Assembly: GCA_963714745.1 (NCBI GenBank)
Contig: CAVQPK010000002.1
Location: 2,239,531 to 2,303,530, forward strand
Length of the DNA stretch: 64,000 bases
DNA from: an uncultured Acidobacteriota bacterium
GTDB lineage: Bacteria; Acidobacteriota; Thermoanaerobaculia; Thermoanaerobaculales; Sulfomarinibacteraceae
Direction: 5' to 3'
Below, piece after piece: positions 63,041-64,000 of the stretch (position 1 is its first letter; every line of letters begins with the position of its first letter). The notes beneath the pieces are model-generated. The model was not told the DNA's origin. It did no database searches and was given only the letters and a program-made list of their open reading frames with translations. Position numbers and translations under genes: made by a program.

Positions 63041-64000
63041 ATGAGCGAGCTGATCGACAACAGCCGGCGCCGGATCGAGGCGCTCAAGGGCATGATCACC
63101 CGGCTCCACGCGGGCGAGCCCGCCGAGTCCCTTCAGGAGGAGTTCGGCGAGCTGCTCGACGAGGTGGGCGCGGGAGAGATCGCGGCGATGGAGTCGGAGC
63201 TGATCGCCGACGGGCTGGACGAGTCCGAGGTGCGGAGGATGTGCGACGTGCACGCGGCGGTGCTCGCCTCCGGCCGCGCCACCGCCGTCCCCGCGGAGGC
63301 GCCGCCGGGCCACCCGGTGCACACCTTCAGGCTGGAGAACGCCCGCATCCGCGAGCTGGCGGCGGCGTGCCGCGAGGCGGCCGAGGCCTTCGCGGCCGCG
63401 CCGGGGCCGGAGCGGGCGGCGGCCTGGGCGACGGCCCAGCGCGAGCTGTCGAAGGTCGACGCACACTACCTGCGCAAGGAGTACCTGGTCTTCCCCTTCC
63501 TCGAGAGGGTCGGGATCGCCGGCCCGCCGAAGGTGATGTGGGGGGTGCACGACGAGATCCGCGAGAGGCTCTCCGCCGCAGGGGAGCTCGCGGATGGGGC
63601 CGCCGGCCTCGACCGCGAGACCGCTTCGTTCGCGGTCGAGACCGTGGTCCTGCCCCTGATCGGGCAGGTCGAGGGCATGGTCGACAAGGAGGAGCGGGTG
63701 CTCTGGCCGATGGCCCTGGAGCACCTCACCGCGGCCCAGTGGGGCGAGATCCAGGGGCAGTGGGGCGAGCTCGGCGAAGGCCTCGCCCGGCCGGCCGGGC
63801 TGTGGCTGCCGGTGCGGCCGTCGGTGCCCGAACGGCCGGTCGAGCTGCCGGCGGACGACGCCGTGCGCCTGCCCTCGGGCCACCTCTCCCTGCGTCAGCT
63901 CACCGCGCTGCTCGACACGCTGCCGCTGGACCTCACGTTCGTCGACGCCGACGGGCGGGTGGCCTGGTTCAGCGAGGGCGCCGACCGGATCTTCGTGCGC
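63041..64000 (+). CDS. DUF438 / hemerythrin-like / PAS domain protein, 3' end beyond the window
   Basis: Absent from the ORF track because it is open at the edge. ATG 63041 has GGTGGAGG upstream. The manual translation is 'MSELIDNSRRRIEALKGMITRLHAGE...EIAAMESELIADGL...MCDVHAAV...HPVHTFRLENARI...KVMWGVHDEIR...LDLTFVDADGRVAWFSEGADRIF'. Confidence 0.8.
   Translation, partial: MSELIDNSRRRIEALKGMITRLHAGEPAESLQEEFGELLDEVGAGEIAAMESELIADGLDESEVRRMCDVHAAVLASGRATAVPAEAPPGHPVHTFRLENARIRELAAACREAAEAFAAAPGPERAAAWATAQRELSKVDAHYLRKEYLVFPFLERVGIAGPPKVMWGVHDEIRERLSAAGELADGAAGLDRETASFAVETVVLPLIGQVEGMVDKEERVLWPMALEHLTAAQWGEIQGQWGELGEGLARPAGLWLPVRPSVPERPVELPADDAVRLPSGHLSLRQLTALLDTLPLDLTFVDADGRVAWFSEGADRIFVR

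Overview
This is a very GC-rich (roughly 70-75% by eye) bacterial chromosomal window. Strong GGAGG-type ribosome-binding sites and frequent 4-nt start/stop overlaps (GTGA/ATGA) mark the operons. Most long ORFs in the six-frame track are Arg/Pro/Gly-rich shadow frames. I accept about 50 genes from recognisable motifs. I found no rRNA, tRNA, CRISPR array, integrase or transposase.

Gene content, in order:
- A partial beta-eliminating lyase.
- A GrdB-like selenoprotein whose in-frame TGA splits it into two listed ORFs.
- A 4Fe-4S protein.
- A long minus-strand block from 4.9 to 14 kb: GAPDH-like, a 1369-aa PPDK-like swivel-histidine protein, an RsbW-like kinase, a tandem ABM protein, a response regulator, an SGNH hydrolase and a LOG-family protein.
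- A BlaI/BlaR1-like pair whose sensor tail is a 14-residue His/Glu repeat.
- An ECF sigma / anti-sigma / 2x DUF4252 module.
- An RRM RNA-binding protein, an ABC exporter and an FAD oxidoreductase.
- A lower-GC island carrying an 876-aa secreted protein and a four-helix-bundle gene.
- epmB-efp-epmA.
- An STK-mtgA-flippase-cinA block.
- fmt-rsmB.
- A large Y_Y_Y-type histidine kinase.
- A degenerate 5'-nucleotidase fused to a beta-rich domain.
- A DUF362 / polyferredoxin / M50 operon.
- A partial DUF438/hemerythrin/PAS protein.

Observations most worth a second look:
1. The UGA-recoded selenoprotein.
2. A dispersed family of inverted purine-rich octamer arrays plus G-rich repeats. It fills many intergenic regions and abuts or overlaps stop codons.
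3. Four conserved genes (ppc, typA, ggt, an M20 amidohydrolase) carry +/-1 frameshifts while their neighbours are intact.
4. The PPDK-like/GAPDH-like gene pair.
5. The compositionally atypical island.
6. The DUF362-polyferredoxin-M50 operon.

All functional calls come from motif recognition by eye. No database search was run.
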